From contig OX597823.1 in NCBI GenBank assembly GCA_951406725.2, forward strand, positions 117,304,001 through 117,368,000: 64,000 bases of DNA, in the 5' to 3' direction. The position numbers and the translations under genes are program-made. This stretch comes from Octopus vulgaris. Lineage: Eukaryota. The notes under the pieces are model-generated. The model worked only from the letters and a program-made list of their open reading frames with translations, searched no databases and was not told the origin of the DNA. How positions within the stretch are numbered: position 1 is the stretch's first letter; each line of letters opens with the position of its first letter. Below are positions 1 to 11,386 of this stretch, piece by piece.

Positions 1-125
1 ACCACACACGGACCATGGTTTCAAGGTGTATTGTCTATCGTGTCGAGGAAGCGGAGGCCTACCACACGTTGACGATAGGCAATGCACCTTGAAACCATGG
101 TCCGTGTGTGGTTTCCGCTTCATCG
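1..125. repeat. Nested inverted repeats; 41-bp arms at 1-41 and 72-112, truncated by the window edge
   Basis: 1-41 is the reverse complement of 72-112 with 2 mismatches, both G.U-compatible on the + strand. A second pairing GAGGAAGCGG (45-54) / CCGCTTCATC (115-124) overlaps it. Confidence 0.85.
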
Positions 126-409
126 GGGAATTATCTCCCTTTGCAGGTTAAAGGACACCGTGATGGTGTCAAGCCTATCTGGCGACGTCGATGTTCGCCT
201 GGGGCTAAATGCAACAGTAACACCCCCACCACCCTGCCCTGTCCCTAGCCATATTCAGATGGCTTTAGTCCCTTATGTTATTGAGCAGTTACTGTCTATA
301 TCTCTTTTAGAGAATTATTATTGCTATATATATATATATATATATATATAAAGACATAAATGACAGAGAAATAGTTTGATGAAAATTTATTTAACAGTGT
401 ATGTATGTG

Positions 410-628
410 TGTGTATATGTTTGTGTGTCTGTGTTTGCCCCTACAACATTGCTTGACAACCGATGCTGGTGTGTTTACGTCCCAGTAACTTAGCAGTTCG
501 GCAATAGAGACTGATAGAATAAGTACTAGGCTTACAAAGAATACCCTCTGGGCTCGATTTGCTCATCTAAAAGCAGTGCTCCAGCAGGGCCGCAGTCAGA
601 TGACTAAAACAAGTAAAAGAGTAACAAG
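410..628 (+). mobile_element. SINE family A, 3' half
   Basis: Matches the 3' half of the full copy at 11168-11612, ending GACTAAAACAAGTAAAAGAG. Confidence 0.85.
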
Positions 629-672
629 AATATTCAAATATCATAACAAATTGTTTCATAACTTAAAACATT

Positions 673-910
673 GGAGGCGCAATGGCCCAGTTGTTAGGGC
701 AGCGGACTTGCGGTCGGAGGATCGCGGTTTCGATTCCCAGACCGGGCGTTGTGTGTGTTTATAGAGCGAAAACACCTAAAAGCTCCACGAGGCTCCGGCA
801 GGGGATGGTGGTGATCCCTGCTGTACTCTTTCACCACTCTAAAAGGCGGTGCTCCAGCATGGCCGCAGTGAAATGACTGAAACAAGTACAAAAAAAAAAA
901 AAAAAAAAAA
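673..910 (+). mobile_element. SINE family B (tRNA-like head) fused to a family A tail and poly(A)
   Basis: A-box-like TGGCCCAGTTGTT and B-box-like GTTTCGATTCC; head shared with 22975, 28483 and 50838. From 841 it switches to the A-family tail, then a poly(A) run at about 890-910. Confidence 0.85.
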
Positions 911-1152
911 TGTATGTAATTTATATTATTATATTTAATAATAAATAAATTACTTACATATCTGTATTATTACAAAATGCAAAAAAATCTTTCAAAATAA
1001 TGTAGAATTTAAGCTACATCCTCAGGTGAAAGAAAGTCTTTGTCTTCTCTTGTAGCATATGTTCTCTGTTTTGTAGAATGATGCATTTAGGAGCTTTTTT
1101 TATAAGCACTACCAGATTACTTGAATCCATATAATATGACTAAATATATGTA

Positions 1153-1186
<34 letters not shown>

Positions 1187-1190
1187 TGTA

Positions 1191-1380
1191 TGGGGAGTAT
1201 TCACGAAAAAACAAAAGACAAAGACAGGTGGTGTAGAAAACAAACAGATGTATTAGTATAATGCTCAGGAATTGAAAAAGTCTTTAACGTTTCGAGCCTA
1301 CGCTCTTTCACAGAAAGGAACACAGAAAGAAACAAGGAGAGAAAAAATGTGTTGTAGTGGCTACCGATCTACCGTGGCTA
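1191..1380 (-). mobile_element. ~190-bp Penelope pLTR/retrozyme-like unit inside a microsatellite
   Basis: Flanked by TG/TATG repeats; carries a hammerhead-like motif; same layout as 5920-6115 and 38630-38827. Confidence 0.6.
1282..1317 (-). ncRNA. Minimal type-I hammerhead-like motif with degenerate core
   Basis: Minus strand reads CTTT CTGTGAA A GAGC-gtag-GCTC GAAA CG TT AAAG: stem I CTTT/AAAG, stem II GAGC/GCTC, ACGT palindrome. The core differs from CUGANGA at 2 positions. Confidence 0.55.
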
Positions 1381-2061
1381 ATGTATGTATGTATGTATGT
1401 ATGTATATATGTATGTATGTATATATTTATGTATATGTGTATGTATGTATATATGTATGTATGTATGTATATATGTATGTATATGTGTATGTATGTATGT
1501 GCCCACAATTACACAACAGGCACCATAGATACCAGCTCCAACTACAGTATAAAACACCTCTTCACATCTGTTCAGTCTTTTTTCTTCATCTGATGCCAAA
1601 ACCAACACACTAACACACTGGTGCTCCTTTTAGGTGCTTGAGTTTCACTAGAACCATGGAGATTAAGGCAAACATACTCCAGTCTGCTAATGAGAATTAG
1701 ATTTACATAGGTTGGAGACATGTGTCTATATAAATGGAATTAACTCATGCAGCTTCCTGAGTAAATTTAGTACTTGGACTCTCATTACAAGTATGTTGTT
1801 TTGGTTGTAACCATGGAAGACAAGAGTTCCACCTATGTCAGTCCTTGTTCTACTAAATTACGGCTAAAACTATGCACAGAGATTACTGGAAAGTAATACA
1901 CTATAGTACAAAAGTGTGTGTGCACAAGGGTTTGCTTATACAGTCAGGTGATAAAAAGAAAGAAAAAAGACGAGTTCTTGCCGTAGTGTTTAGCCATTAG
2001 TTTGAAGTTGATGATTAACTGTGTAGCTACCATACAGGTTGAATTTTTCAGACTAACATAG

Positions 2062-2275
2062 GTTTCAAATTTTGGCACAAGGCCAGCAAGTTCAAGGGCC
2101 GGTGGAGGGGAGTTAAGTCAATTACATCAACCCCAGTACTCAGCTGGTACTTGCTTTATCGACTCTGAAAGGATGGAAGGCAAAATCAACCACTGTGGAA
2201 TTTGAACTCAGAACCTAAAGATGGACAAAATGCTATCATATACTTTGCTGGGTGTGCTGAAGATTCTACCACCTC
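2062..2275 (-). mobile_element. SINE family E, diverged copy
   Basis: Reverse complement of the family E core (GAGTTCAAATTCC...TTTGCCTTCCATCCTTTC...AAGTACCAG). Confidence 0.75.
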
Positions 2276-2402
2276 AGCCAAAAGAGGTAGGTCACCTTAT
2301 GCACCAAGACAACTTTAGACAGCCAAAAATTCCATGTGAAAGGCAGAAGATTTGGGAAAGATAATGACTATGTCTGAGTGTTTATATTATATACTACATT
2401 AA

Positions 2403-2870
2403 AGGTGGTAAGCTGGAAGAAACGTCAGCATGCTGGGCGAAATGCTTAGCAGTATTTTGTCTGTCTTGGAAGGTTGAGAGCAGTGAGCTGGCAGAAATGT
2501 TAGCACACCGGACAAAATGCTTATCGGTTTTTCATCCGTCTTTACATTCTGAGTTCAAATTCCGCCAAAGTCGACTTTGCCTTTCGTCCTTTTGGGGTTG
2601 ATAAATTAAGCACCAGTTACACACTGGGGTCGATGTAATCGACTTAATCCCTTTGTCTGTCCTTGTTTGTCCCCTCTATGTTTAGCCCCTTGTGGGCAAT
2701 AAAGAAATAAGTATTTTGTCTGTCTTTGTGGTCTGAGTTCAAATTCCGCCAAGGTCGACTTTGCCTTTCGTCCTTTCAGGGTCGATAAATTAAGTACAAG
2801 TTGTGTACAGGAGTCAATCTAATTGACTGGCCTACTCCCCACAAATTTCAGGCCTTGTGCCTAGAGTAGA
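2403..2870 (+). mobile_element. SINE E copy interrupted by a second SINE E copy (2468-2709) with a 17-bp TSD
   Basis: AGTATTTTGTCTGTCTT occurs at 2451-2467 and 2710-2726; the outer copy resumes after the second repeat. Confidence 0.85.
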
Positions 2871-3458
2871 TTATGCATTACATTAACTTGTATGCTGGAA
2901 AATATGGTACTCAGAGTTTCTTGGCTGTGTGCTGGTATGTTCAAGCAACAAAGAGCAAATATACACAAATATGAAACTCAGATTAACACAAAAATTGAAT
3001 TACCATTTTCAAACAAATAGGTGAACTCAATTGCATATATTGTACCTGATACTGCATGTATGTATGTGTATGTGTGTATACACACTTTCATTTCTGTACC
3101 ACTGTTTTATAGCTTATATATATATATATATATATATACATACAAGTATGTATGTATAAATATATATATGTATGTATGTATGTATATACTCTTGCTGGGT
3201 ATGTTTGCTTGTAACAAAATGAATGAATGTTGGATATGTATGTGTGAAATAGGAATTTAGAGGAAAAGAAAGGACAGACATTGAATAGATAATTAAAGGA
3301 AAAATAAGTTGTATCAAAGGTCAATATGTGTGGGTTAACACACGCATGCAAACACACACTGATATGTGTTTGTATCTGTGGACAGACGGAATAATCATAT
3401 GCATGACATGCCATGTATTTTCATGTTTGTCTGTACATGTGTATACACATACATATGT

Positions 3459-3514
<56 letters not shown>

Positions 3515-3599
3515 ATCGATATAGATAGATACACACACACATATATATTTATATATTTGTATATGTGTATGCATGTGTACATGTGTATGTATATATAAA

Positions 3600-3634
<35 letters not shown>

Positions 3635-4303
3635 CAGGTATAACTGAATCAAAGGAGGCTGATGGTGGTCTGCAGTATTTTCTGTACATGCATGTACACA
3701 TACATACATACATATGTACATACATATATACATATATACATACATACATAGATGGAATGGCAGAGAATGAGAGATTCATGTGTGTTTATATGTTAGCAAA
3801 TATACACTTATCTGAGAGCAACATGATGACCAAGATATATCGCCTGTATTGTACACAAATATACACACAAAATTTTATTATATATTTATATACACATATA
3901 AAAATACATGTGTGTATATACACACACACACAAACTCACAAACACACTCACACAAACACACACATACATTTTCACTTCTAATATCCCTCTACTCCCTGAT
4001 TCATTCTATTATGGTTGTATGAGAAGATGTTTTTCTAACGACTTCTCTTCACTTTAGGTTCCTCTATTAATAATGCCATAATATTTGTTGCCATTCAAAA
4101 ATTACTTCCTTTGCCAGATTCCTCAGAGTTGGTCTGACTTAGCGAGATATTCAAACAAAGATCTTTAATTACGACCTTTGTATAAAAGACTCAATTTCTC
4201 TCTCATCATCTTGTTTAGAATTATATTTGCTATGAAACTATATTATTATTACAGAATTATTTCAACTCTCTCTTTCTGTTTCCCCCCCTCTCTCTCTCTC
4301 TAC

Positions 4304-4337
<34 letters not shown>

Positions 4338-4480
4338 GTTTACTTATCTGTATCTCTCCCTTTTTCTTTTTTTCTACTGTCTCTAACTTTGCTATATATG
4401 AGTGTTTGTGCATGTGTGTGTGTATATATACATTCATGTATATATATATTTATTTACACATGCACACACATACACACACA

Positions 4481-4571
<91 letters not shown>

Positions 4572-5350
4572 TTATATATGTGTGTGTGTGTGTGTGTGCG
4601 TGTGCATATACAAATATTCATATACACAACATACTCATTAATATATATATACATATTATTTGTACACATACAATCCTGCGTAAATATGTGCAAGTCCTGA
4701 CACAGATACAGACAGCAGATCGACGAATCAGTTTATCTGTTATTTTTCTTCTAATTATCCATAGAAACGATCTTTCTTTACTACTCTGTTACTATCATTA
4801 TTATTATTATCATTCCTCTGTAACCACATCACTTATATAACTGGCACTGCTATTCATTAAAAGAACCTACACTACACCTGCCGCTGCTCTATAAATGCAA
4901 CTACTCTATAACTCACACTCCACCACTAAGTCATTTCAACAAACATTTACCCCAATTAAAAGTTGTGGGTGCCATGGAAGTTACTCCATAATGTTTGTTA
5001 CAAAATACAGATGCTACACTAAATCAAATATACCATATGTTACACTAAATCAGATAACTACTGGCAGCAGATGCCGTTCTATATCCAATGCTCTTCTGTA
5101 ACAGTTGTTCCTCTATACTTGTAGCTATTTTATAACAGTGCTTATTGTATAACTGATAAATTTCCTCCAAACTTATTGCAGGCAGAACGGATTTTGGCAA
5201 AATATAGAATAATTATATAAATATGATAACTTCATACTGTGGGTGTTTGAATTTGTTACATAAACATATAATGTATATATACCTAACAGAATATACATGT
5301 GCATGCTGTACACAAACACACACAATATACATACATACATGCATATATAC

Positions 5351-5403
5351 ATATAAGAGGGATGACCACTAAATGGACATCTTAGTGGTCATCCCTCTTA
5401 TAT
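5351..5403. repeat. Perfect 22-bp inverted repeat with a 9-nt loop
   Basis: ATATAAGAGGGATGACCACTAA / TTAGTGGTCATCCCTCTTATAT. Confidence 0.9.
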
Positions 5404-5589
5404 ATATGTCATATATTTTTTCTGAATCTTCAGATTTTTTCAGTATGCTTGGCCACTGGTTTAAATTGATATTAATCAAATTAATATTCAATTTTCTACC
5501 CTTCTTATTTAAATTTAAATACATACATACATACATATATATATATATGATATAACTCAAACTTGACTCTGTCAGTCATAAATGGCTAT

Positions 5590-5912
5590 GTATGCACCTA
5601 AAAGGTTCCCCTCCAGGGTACAAGCCTAGGCGGAAAGTTGCCTCACTGGGGAATGCACAGCCTAGGGTTATTTCTATGGAAGATCAGCAGTTGCCCATGC
5701 ACACCCCCTCTCCATGCCGCAGATGTTATCCAAGGGAAATGCAAAGGTTGACACAACTTGGCACCAGTGACATCACAACTCATTCCTACAGCTGAGTGAA
5801 CTGGAGCAATGTGAAATAAAGTGTCTTGCTCAAGGACACAACACACAGCCCAGTCCAGGAATTGACCTTACAACCTCATGATTGTAAGCTCGATGCGCTA
5901 ACCACTGAGCCA
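5590..5912 (-). mobile_element. SINE family D (tRNA-derived head)
   Basis: Minus-strand head TGGCTCAGTGGTTAG...TCAATTCC; body collinear with 33062-33362. Confidence 0.8.
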
Positions 5913-5919
5913 TATATAT

Positions 5920-6115
5920 ATAGTTCAAATTTGCAGAAACCAAAAAATGAAGACAGGTGAGGGAGCAACAAGCAGGTGTGTGAGTTTGGCACTCATGTAA
6001 AATGGAAAAGTCTTTGATGCTTCGAACCTATGGTCTTTGACAGAAAGAACTGAGAGGGTAAAATGGATGGAGAGAGAATGAAACAAAGTGTGTAGGGATT
6101 AGCGGTTCGACATGA
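5920..6115 (-). mobile_element. Decayed pLTR/retrozyme-like unit with a hammerhead remnant at 6011-6048
   Basis: Minus strand TCTTT CTGTCAA A GACC-atag-GTTC GAAG CA TC AAAGA; homologous to 1191-1380; flanked by TA/TG repeats. Confidence 0.5.
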
Positions 6116-6245
6116 TGAAATGAATACATATGTGTGTGTGTGTGTGTGTGTATACATGTATATATATACACACACACATATGTATTCATACAGTCATACC
6201 TACATACACACATTTATATATACACATATACATATATATATACAA

Positions 6246-6278
<33 letters not shown>

Positions 6279-6924
6279 TACACATTTATTTACACACACA
6301 CACACACACATATACACATGCACACATACATGTATATATTTATATATAATTGAAAAGGTATACTAGAAATCAAGTCACATTACCAAAAGGCATGAGTGCA
6401 ATAGATAAGTTGCACACTCCATTCCTATACTTGGCATGGTTCAACAACATTCTTCATAATTGCAAACAGGTGGGAGTGCAGAGTGCACTGCTATCAAGAA
6501 AAGGAATGCAGACAACATAATCAGTTTTTATGCCTTATATGAGGCATGGGTAACCTTTTGCAAGAAGCAGGCCACATGAGACATGGTTCATCATCAAGTG
6601 GGCTACACTACTACAAAATCTTTTCATTAAGCATGCCATTTGGAAACCCATCTGGTCATATTTTGTCTGTGACTGCTTTGCATAGAGCACATGTTTCTGA
6701 AAATAGTCACCTTAACGTTATGTGAATCTAAAGGCCTGGTTATATGACAAAATGCAGCCAGCACACTTTGTCAGCATAATTGCCAATAATGCTGATGAAG
6801 TAGGCCAGCTATATATTGTTATGCCACAGGGCCTTTGGCTCATATGATTTTCAGGTGGCTGCTTTTCTGAATACGTGAACATTATATATAGCATAAATAC
6901 CAATAAATGTATATGCTGCCTTAT

Positions 6925-7085
6925 TAACCAAGATCCCCCTTTTGATTTTGATATGCCTTATCCTGCTCTCTTAGTTCCTGAAAGTCCTGTCATTTCCCAG
7001 TTGAGCATTTGTAATTTTTCTAGCAATTCATTCAAACCTTCCTCATATAAAGTTGTTGTGTTATAAATGCACATATTAATAACAT
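6925..7085 (-). mobile_element. LINE (RTE-like) AP-endonuclease N-terminal fragment
   Basis: Translates as INMCIYNTTTLYEEGLNELLEKLQMLNWEMTGLSGTKRAG*G, resembling the APE motif xNxxTL...WDIIGLSETRRxG. Confidence 0.55.
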
Positions 7086-7435
7086 TCCCAGAGTCCATTC
7101 TGTTCATCAAACAATTACCTTTCAAATTTGGTTGTGTAATTTCATGTTAAGGCATCTCATTTGTGTCTGTCTTCCCTTGACATTGACCATAGTGGCCGTG
7201 AGTTTCACTTTATGCCCCTTTCTTTTTCACTTCTCCATGATAAAAGGTTAAAGAGTCATTGAAGCTCTATGGTCATACAAATGACCAATTATTACTTAAC
7301 ATTCACAGGGGGGTCTGTTAGTCCAATATTTTTATCAACTTTTCTTGTTCTAGATTATCCACACACAATAATGAGACTTCCTTGACAATTTTTCACTATA
7401 CAAGCCTAGCAAATCATTGTTGACCATCTATTCTT

Positions 7436-7652
7436 ATTTCTTTATTGCCCACAAGGGGCTAAACATAGAGGGGGCAAACAAGGACAGACAAAGGGATTAA
7501 GTCGATTATATCGACCCCAGTGCGTAACTGGTACTTAATTATTGACCCCGAAAGGATGAAAGGTAAAGTCGACCTCTGTGGATTTTGAACTCAGAACGTA
7601 ATGACAGACAAAATACCGCCAGGCATTTCGCCCGGCATGCTAATGCTTCTGC
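7436..7652 (-). mobile_element. SINE family E with the Tx1-like tail variant
   Basis: Close match to the reverse complement of 2480-2709, ending GCAATAAAGAAAT. Confidence 0.85.
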
Positions 7653-7801
7653 TACATGCACATCTGTATGTTGTACTACTGGATCATTGCTAACAAACCA
7701 AGGTCCCTATATTGATTCAGTGGGATTTAATAATGTAATTTAACCTGCAACTTTGGCAGATGCTACAGTTCTAAGAACATGCAACACTTCACACACTTTA
7801 T

Positions 7802-8030
7802 ATAACACTTAAAGATCACACACAAAACTTTGCCCATAAGTCCATCTGTAGTTTATTAAAACCTACAAAGTCAGAATTTCATAGAATATATGGAAAAATC
7901 CTAGAAGAAATTGCCCGAATTATAAGAAACTGTTTACACATATGGAACCACATCAACAGCAACACAAGTTGACATAGTAAAGTTTTAAATATTCAAAAAC
8001 TAAACTTCTACATCTAAATGCACTCCCCTT
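7802..8030 (+). mobile_element. Penelope-like element reverse transcriptase fragment, decayed
   Basis: Translates as ITLKDHTQNFAHKSICSLLKPTKSEFHRIYGKILEEIARIIR, resembling the PLE RT motif ITLKDHKxNF...CRLINPxKSEIGxISKxIL as I recall it. Confidence 0.6.
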
Positions 8031-8181
8031 TAAAATGGTACAGAATATGATGCAGAAAATTTGTGGCACCAGCCCAAGAAAGGTTGGGTTTATTGGTGTG
8101 TGACAGGCTTTTGGTGTTGGCTATATATGTTGCATAGGTGTGTAACAGTAATGTGTGTGTGTATATATGTATGCGTGTGTA

Positions 8182-8361
8182 TGGCATGTAAAAAGCACCC
8201 ACTACACTCACAGAGTGGTTGGCGTTAGGAAGGGTATCCAGCCGTAGAAACACTGCCAGAGAAGACTGGGCCTGGTGCAGCCTTCAGGCTTCCCAGACCC
8301 CAGTTGAACCGTCCAACCCATGCTAGCATGGAAAGCGGACACTAAATGATGATGATTATGA

Positions 8362-8364
<3 letters not shown>
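8182..8364 (+). mobile_element. SINE family C, 3' part with (GAT)n tail
   Basis: GAGTGGTTGGCGTTAGGAAGGG...CCAACCCATGCTAGCATGGAAAGCGGAC...GATGATG. Confidence 0.8.
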
Positions 8365-8427
<63 letters not shown>

Positions 8428-8601
8428 TAATAATTTTAAACTTAAATAAGTTAAATTTTTAATTTTATATTTTATATATTTTGTATATTATATTAATTAT
8501 TTTTATTTTTATGTTTTGGTTTATGTTTTTCACTGTTTGATTTGCCTAATAGTGGTTTTATCTCTAATTTAATTTATATATATATATTCAAGGGACTGAA
8601 A

Positions 8602-9245
8602 TCATCATCCTCATCATCCTCATTTAATGTCCGCTTTCCATGCTAGCATGGGTTGGACGGTTCAACTGGAGTCTGGGGAGCCCGAAGGCTGCACCAGGCC
8701 AGTCAGATCTGGCAGTGTTTCTACAGCTGGATGCCCTTCCTAATGCCAACCACTCCGAGAGTGTAGTGGGTGATTTTATGTGCCACCGACACAGGTGCCA
8801 GACGAGGCTGGCGAACAGCCACGCTCGGATGGTGTTTTTTTTTATGTGCCACCGACACAGGTGCCAGACGAGGCTGGCAGACGGCCACGCTCGGATGGTG
8901 TTTTTATGTGCCACCGACACAAGTGCCAGATGAGGCTGGCGAACGGCCACGATCGGATGGTGTTTGTTACGTGCCCGGATGGTGTTTGTTACGTGCCCGG
9001 ATGGTGTTTGTTACGTGCCCACAGCACGGAGGCCAGTCGATGCGGTACTGGCTACGGCCACGTTCGGATGGTTTTCTTGTGTGCCACCGGCACTGGTACC
9101 ACAAAGATACAAATTCCATTGATGTTCATCTATTTTGATTATGGTTTGATTTTCACTTGCCTCAGGTCTTCACAACTGTCACACACTGTCACACACTGTC
9201 ACACACTGTCACACACTTGCCTCAACAGGTCTTCACAAGTGTCAC
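8602..9245 (-). mobile_element. SINE family C, long copy with internal ~60-bp, 22-bp and 10-bp tandem repeats
   Basis: Reverse complement of 8182-8364 plus three ~60-bp TGCCACCGACACA.GTGCCAGA units, three CGGATGGTGTTTGTTACGTGCC units and TCACACACTG repeats. Confidence 0.8.
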
Positions 9246-9246
9246 A

Positions 9247-9289
<43 letters not shown>

Positions 9290-9314
9290 TAGATAGATAG
9301 ATAAATAGATAGAG

Positions 9315-9368
<54 letters not shown>

Positions 9369-10124
9369 CTGTGTGCCTGCGTGTGTGTGTGAATACTTGC
9401 ATGCATGCCTGTGTGCCTGCATGTGTGTCAGTCATTATTGAGTTTTATTTCAAGATTTCTTACCAATAGAGAAAAAGCCAGTTTTTAACCCAAGGCTTCT
9501 TCATTGGAATTTCAGCATCAACAACAGGGTATGTATGTATGTATGCATGCATGTATGGCACATGTGTGTGAGTGTAGTTGTGTAGGTTTTGTGCATAATC
9601 TTATTTATTTCTATGTATGTATGTGCTACACAACAGATAATATATTCCATGAACTGAACTATAATTGACCTATATCTGATTTGACTTCCCACAATGAATA
9701 CAAGAAAAGCAGCTTTTTGTTCAGCATTCTCACAATGGTAAACCTACATATGCAAATATTTGTGCATTTGTAGGCTCACCATATGGGTCTTCATTACTAT
9801 CTTCGAAAGAGCCTTTTTTGTTAGAATGTTTTAAAGGTAATTTTCTATAGAAAACACCTACTGTAGAATTTGTTCTATAGAAATGACTGAATTATTAGGA
9901 CAGACCACAGAAGACTGCTGTATTCACTCTAACTATCTGGGCTCTGAGTTCCAGCACTGCCAAGCTTAACTTTGCCTTTCATCCTTTAAGGTCAATAAAA
10001 CAGTGCCAATCCAAAGCAGTAAATTGGTAAAACTGCTGAAATATCAGACTAGATATCTTTTGGTATTTGTTCTGGTTCTTTGTATTCTTCAATCCCACCA
10101 TGGCCTACTTGGCGGGTAGACTTA

Positions 10125-10368
10125 TCTTTTAGCTCTTACTAGTTTCAGTCATCAGATTTTGGTCATGCTGGGGCACCGCCTTGAAGAGTTTTCATTGAAA
10201 CACATCAAACACAGTACTTTGGTTTTTAAGCCTGGTACTGTTTCTATCAATCTCTTTTGCTGAACCACTAAGTTACAGGCATGTAAACAATCCAACACTG
10301 GTTATCATGTATGGTGGGGGCAAGCACACACACACATGTATATGTATATATACATAAATACATATATA

Positions 10369-10420
<52 letters not shown>

Positions 10421-10588
10421 TACATATCCAAGAGGCTTCTTTCAGTTTCTGCCTACCAAATCCACCCCCAAGGCTTTGGTCAGTCTGAGGCTATGGCAGA
10501 AAACACTTGCCCAAGGTGGCACACAATGGGACTGAACTTAGAACTCTGTGCTTGGGAAGCAAACTTTCTAACACACAGCCACACCTAC
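10125..10588 (-). mobile_element. SINE family A, diverged full-length copy
   Basis: Collinear with the reverse complement of 11168-11612, including the central microsatellite. Confidence 0.8.
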
Positions 10589-11167
10589 TTAATCAATTGC
10601 TTAATTTGACATCATCACATTCTACCTTGAGCACCTTTAGCAAAGCCCTTTCTGTTGCAAGTATTCAAGCCAGGTTTCTGAGTTAAAGATCCTTTCTTCC
10701 CACTAATATCAGAGACTTTCTACGTGGTTACAAGAGTTACAAGCACTGCCTCCGCTCCAGGCTAAAAGGGAAAAACATATAAACTGCATTTTTATACAAT
10801 GCCTGCATAGCAGTATATGAAAGCAGTAATTCCCAGCAATTTGTTTTCAGTATGAGTCGATGAGCTGCACAAACCCTATCAATATGTGTATATAAGAAAC
10901 CTTCGACTGATTGCATGATTATCATCAGTTACCAGAGGATTGGGAAAATGAGGAACTCTGAGTAACGGCTCTCAACAATGTGCATGTGTGTGTGTGCGCG
11001 TGTGTGTTACTTCACTTTATATAAATTTTAGATGCATTCTGGCAAAATTTATGACTGTGTGGCATCATTAGGGACATCTCGTAGTCTTCAAAAAAAAAAC
11101 CAGTTAATAAGATAAAGAAAGGAAACAAAAGAAAGATAATTAAAGAAAAATTTATCAGTAATTTATA

Positions 11168-11327
11168 GGCGTAGGAGTGGCTGTGTGGTAAGTAGCTTGC
11201 TTACGAACCACATGGTTCCGGATTCAATCCCACTCCATGGCACCTTGAGCAAGTGTCTTCTACTATAGCCTCGGGCCGACCAAAGCCTTGTGAGTGGATT
11301 TGGTAGACAGAAACTTAAAGAAGCCCG

Positions 11328-11386
<59 letters not shown>

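Noticed and set aside
105-130. Minus-strand CCGATGAAG as a hammerhead core
   Set aside because: No GAAA box closes a stem II in the right position within the window.
673-745. Possible tRNA-Arg gene
   Set aside because: It has Pol III box-like motifs but no proper acceptor stem, and continues into a repeated SINE body.
8770-9020. Repeat array superficially like a CRISPR or repeat-protein ORF (170 aa)
   Set aside because: No unique spacers, eukaryotic context, and the units are internal to SINE family C.
10627-10780. Minus-strand acceptor TTTTTCCCTTTTAG with a downstream AAG|GTAGAA donor
   Set aside because: All three frames after the acceptor hit stops; only a non-coding or terminal exon would fit, and there is no support for one.
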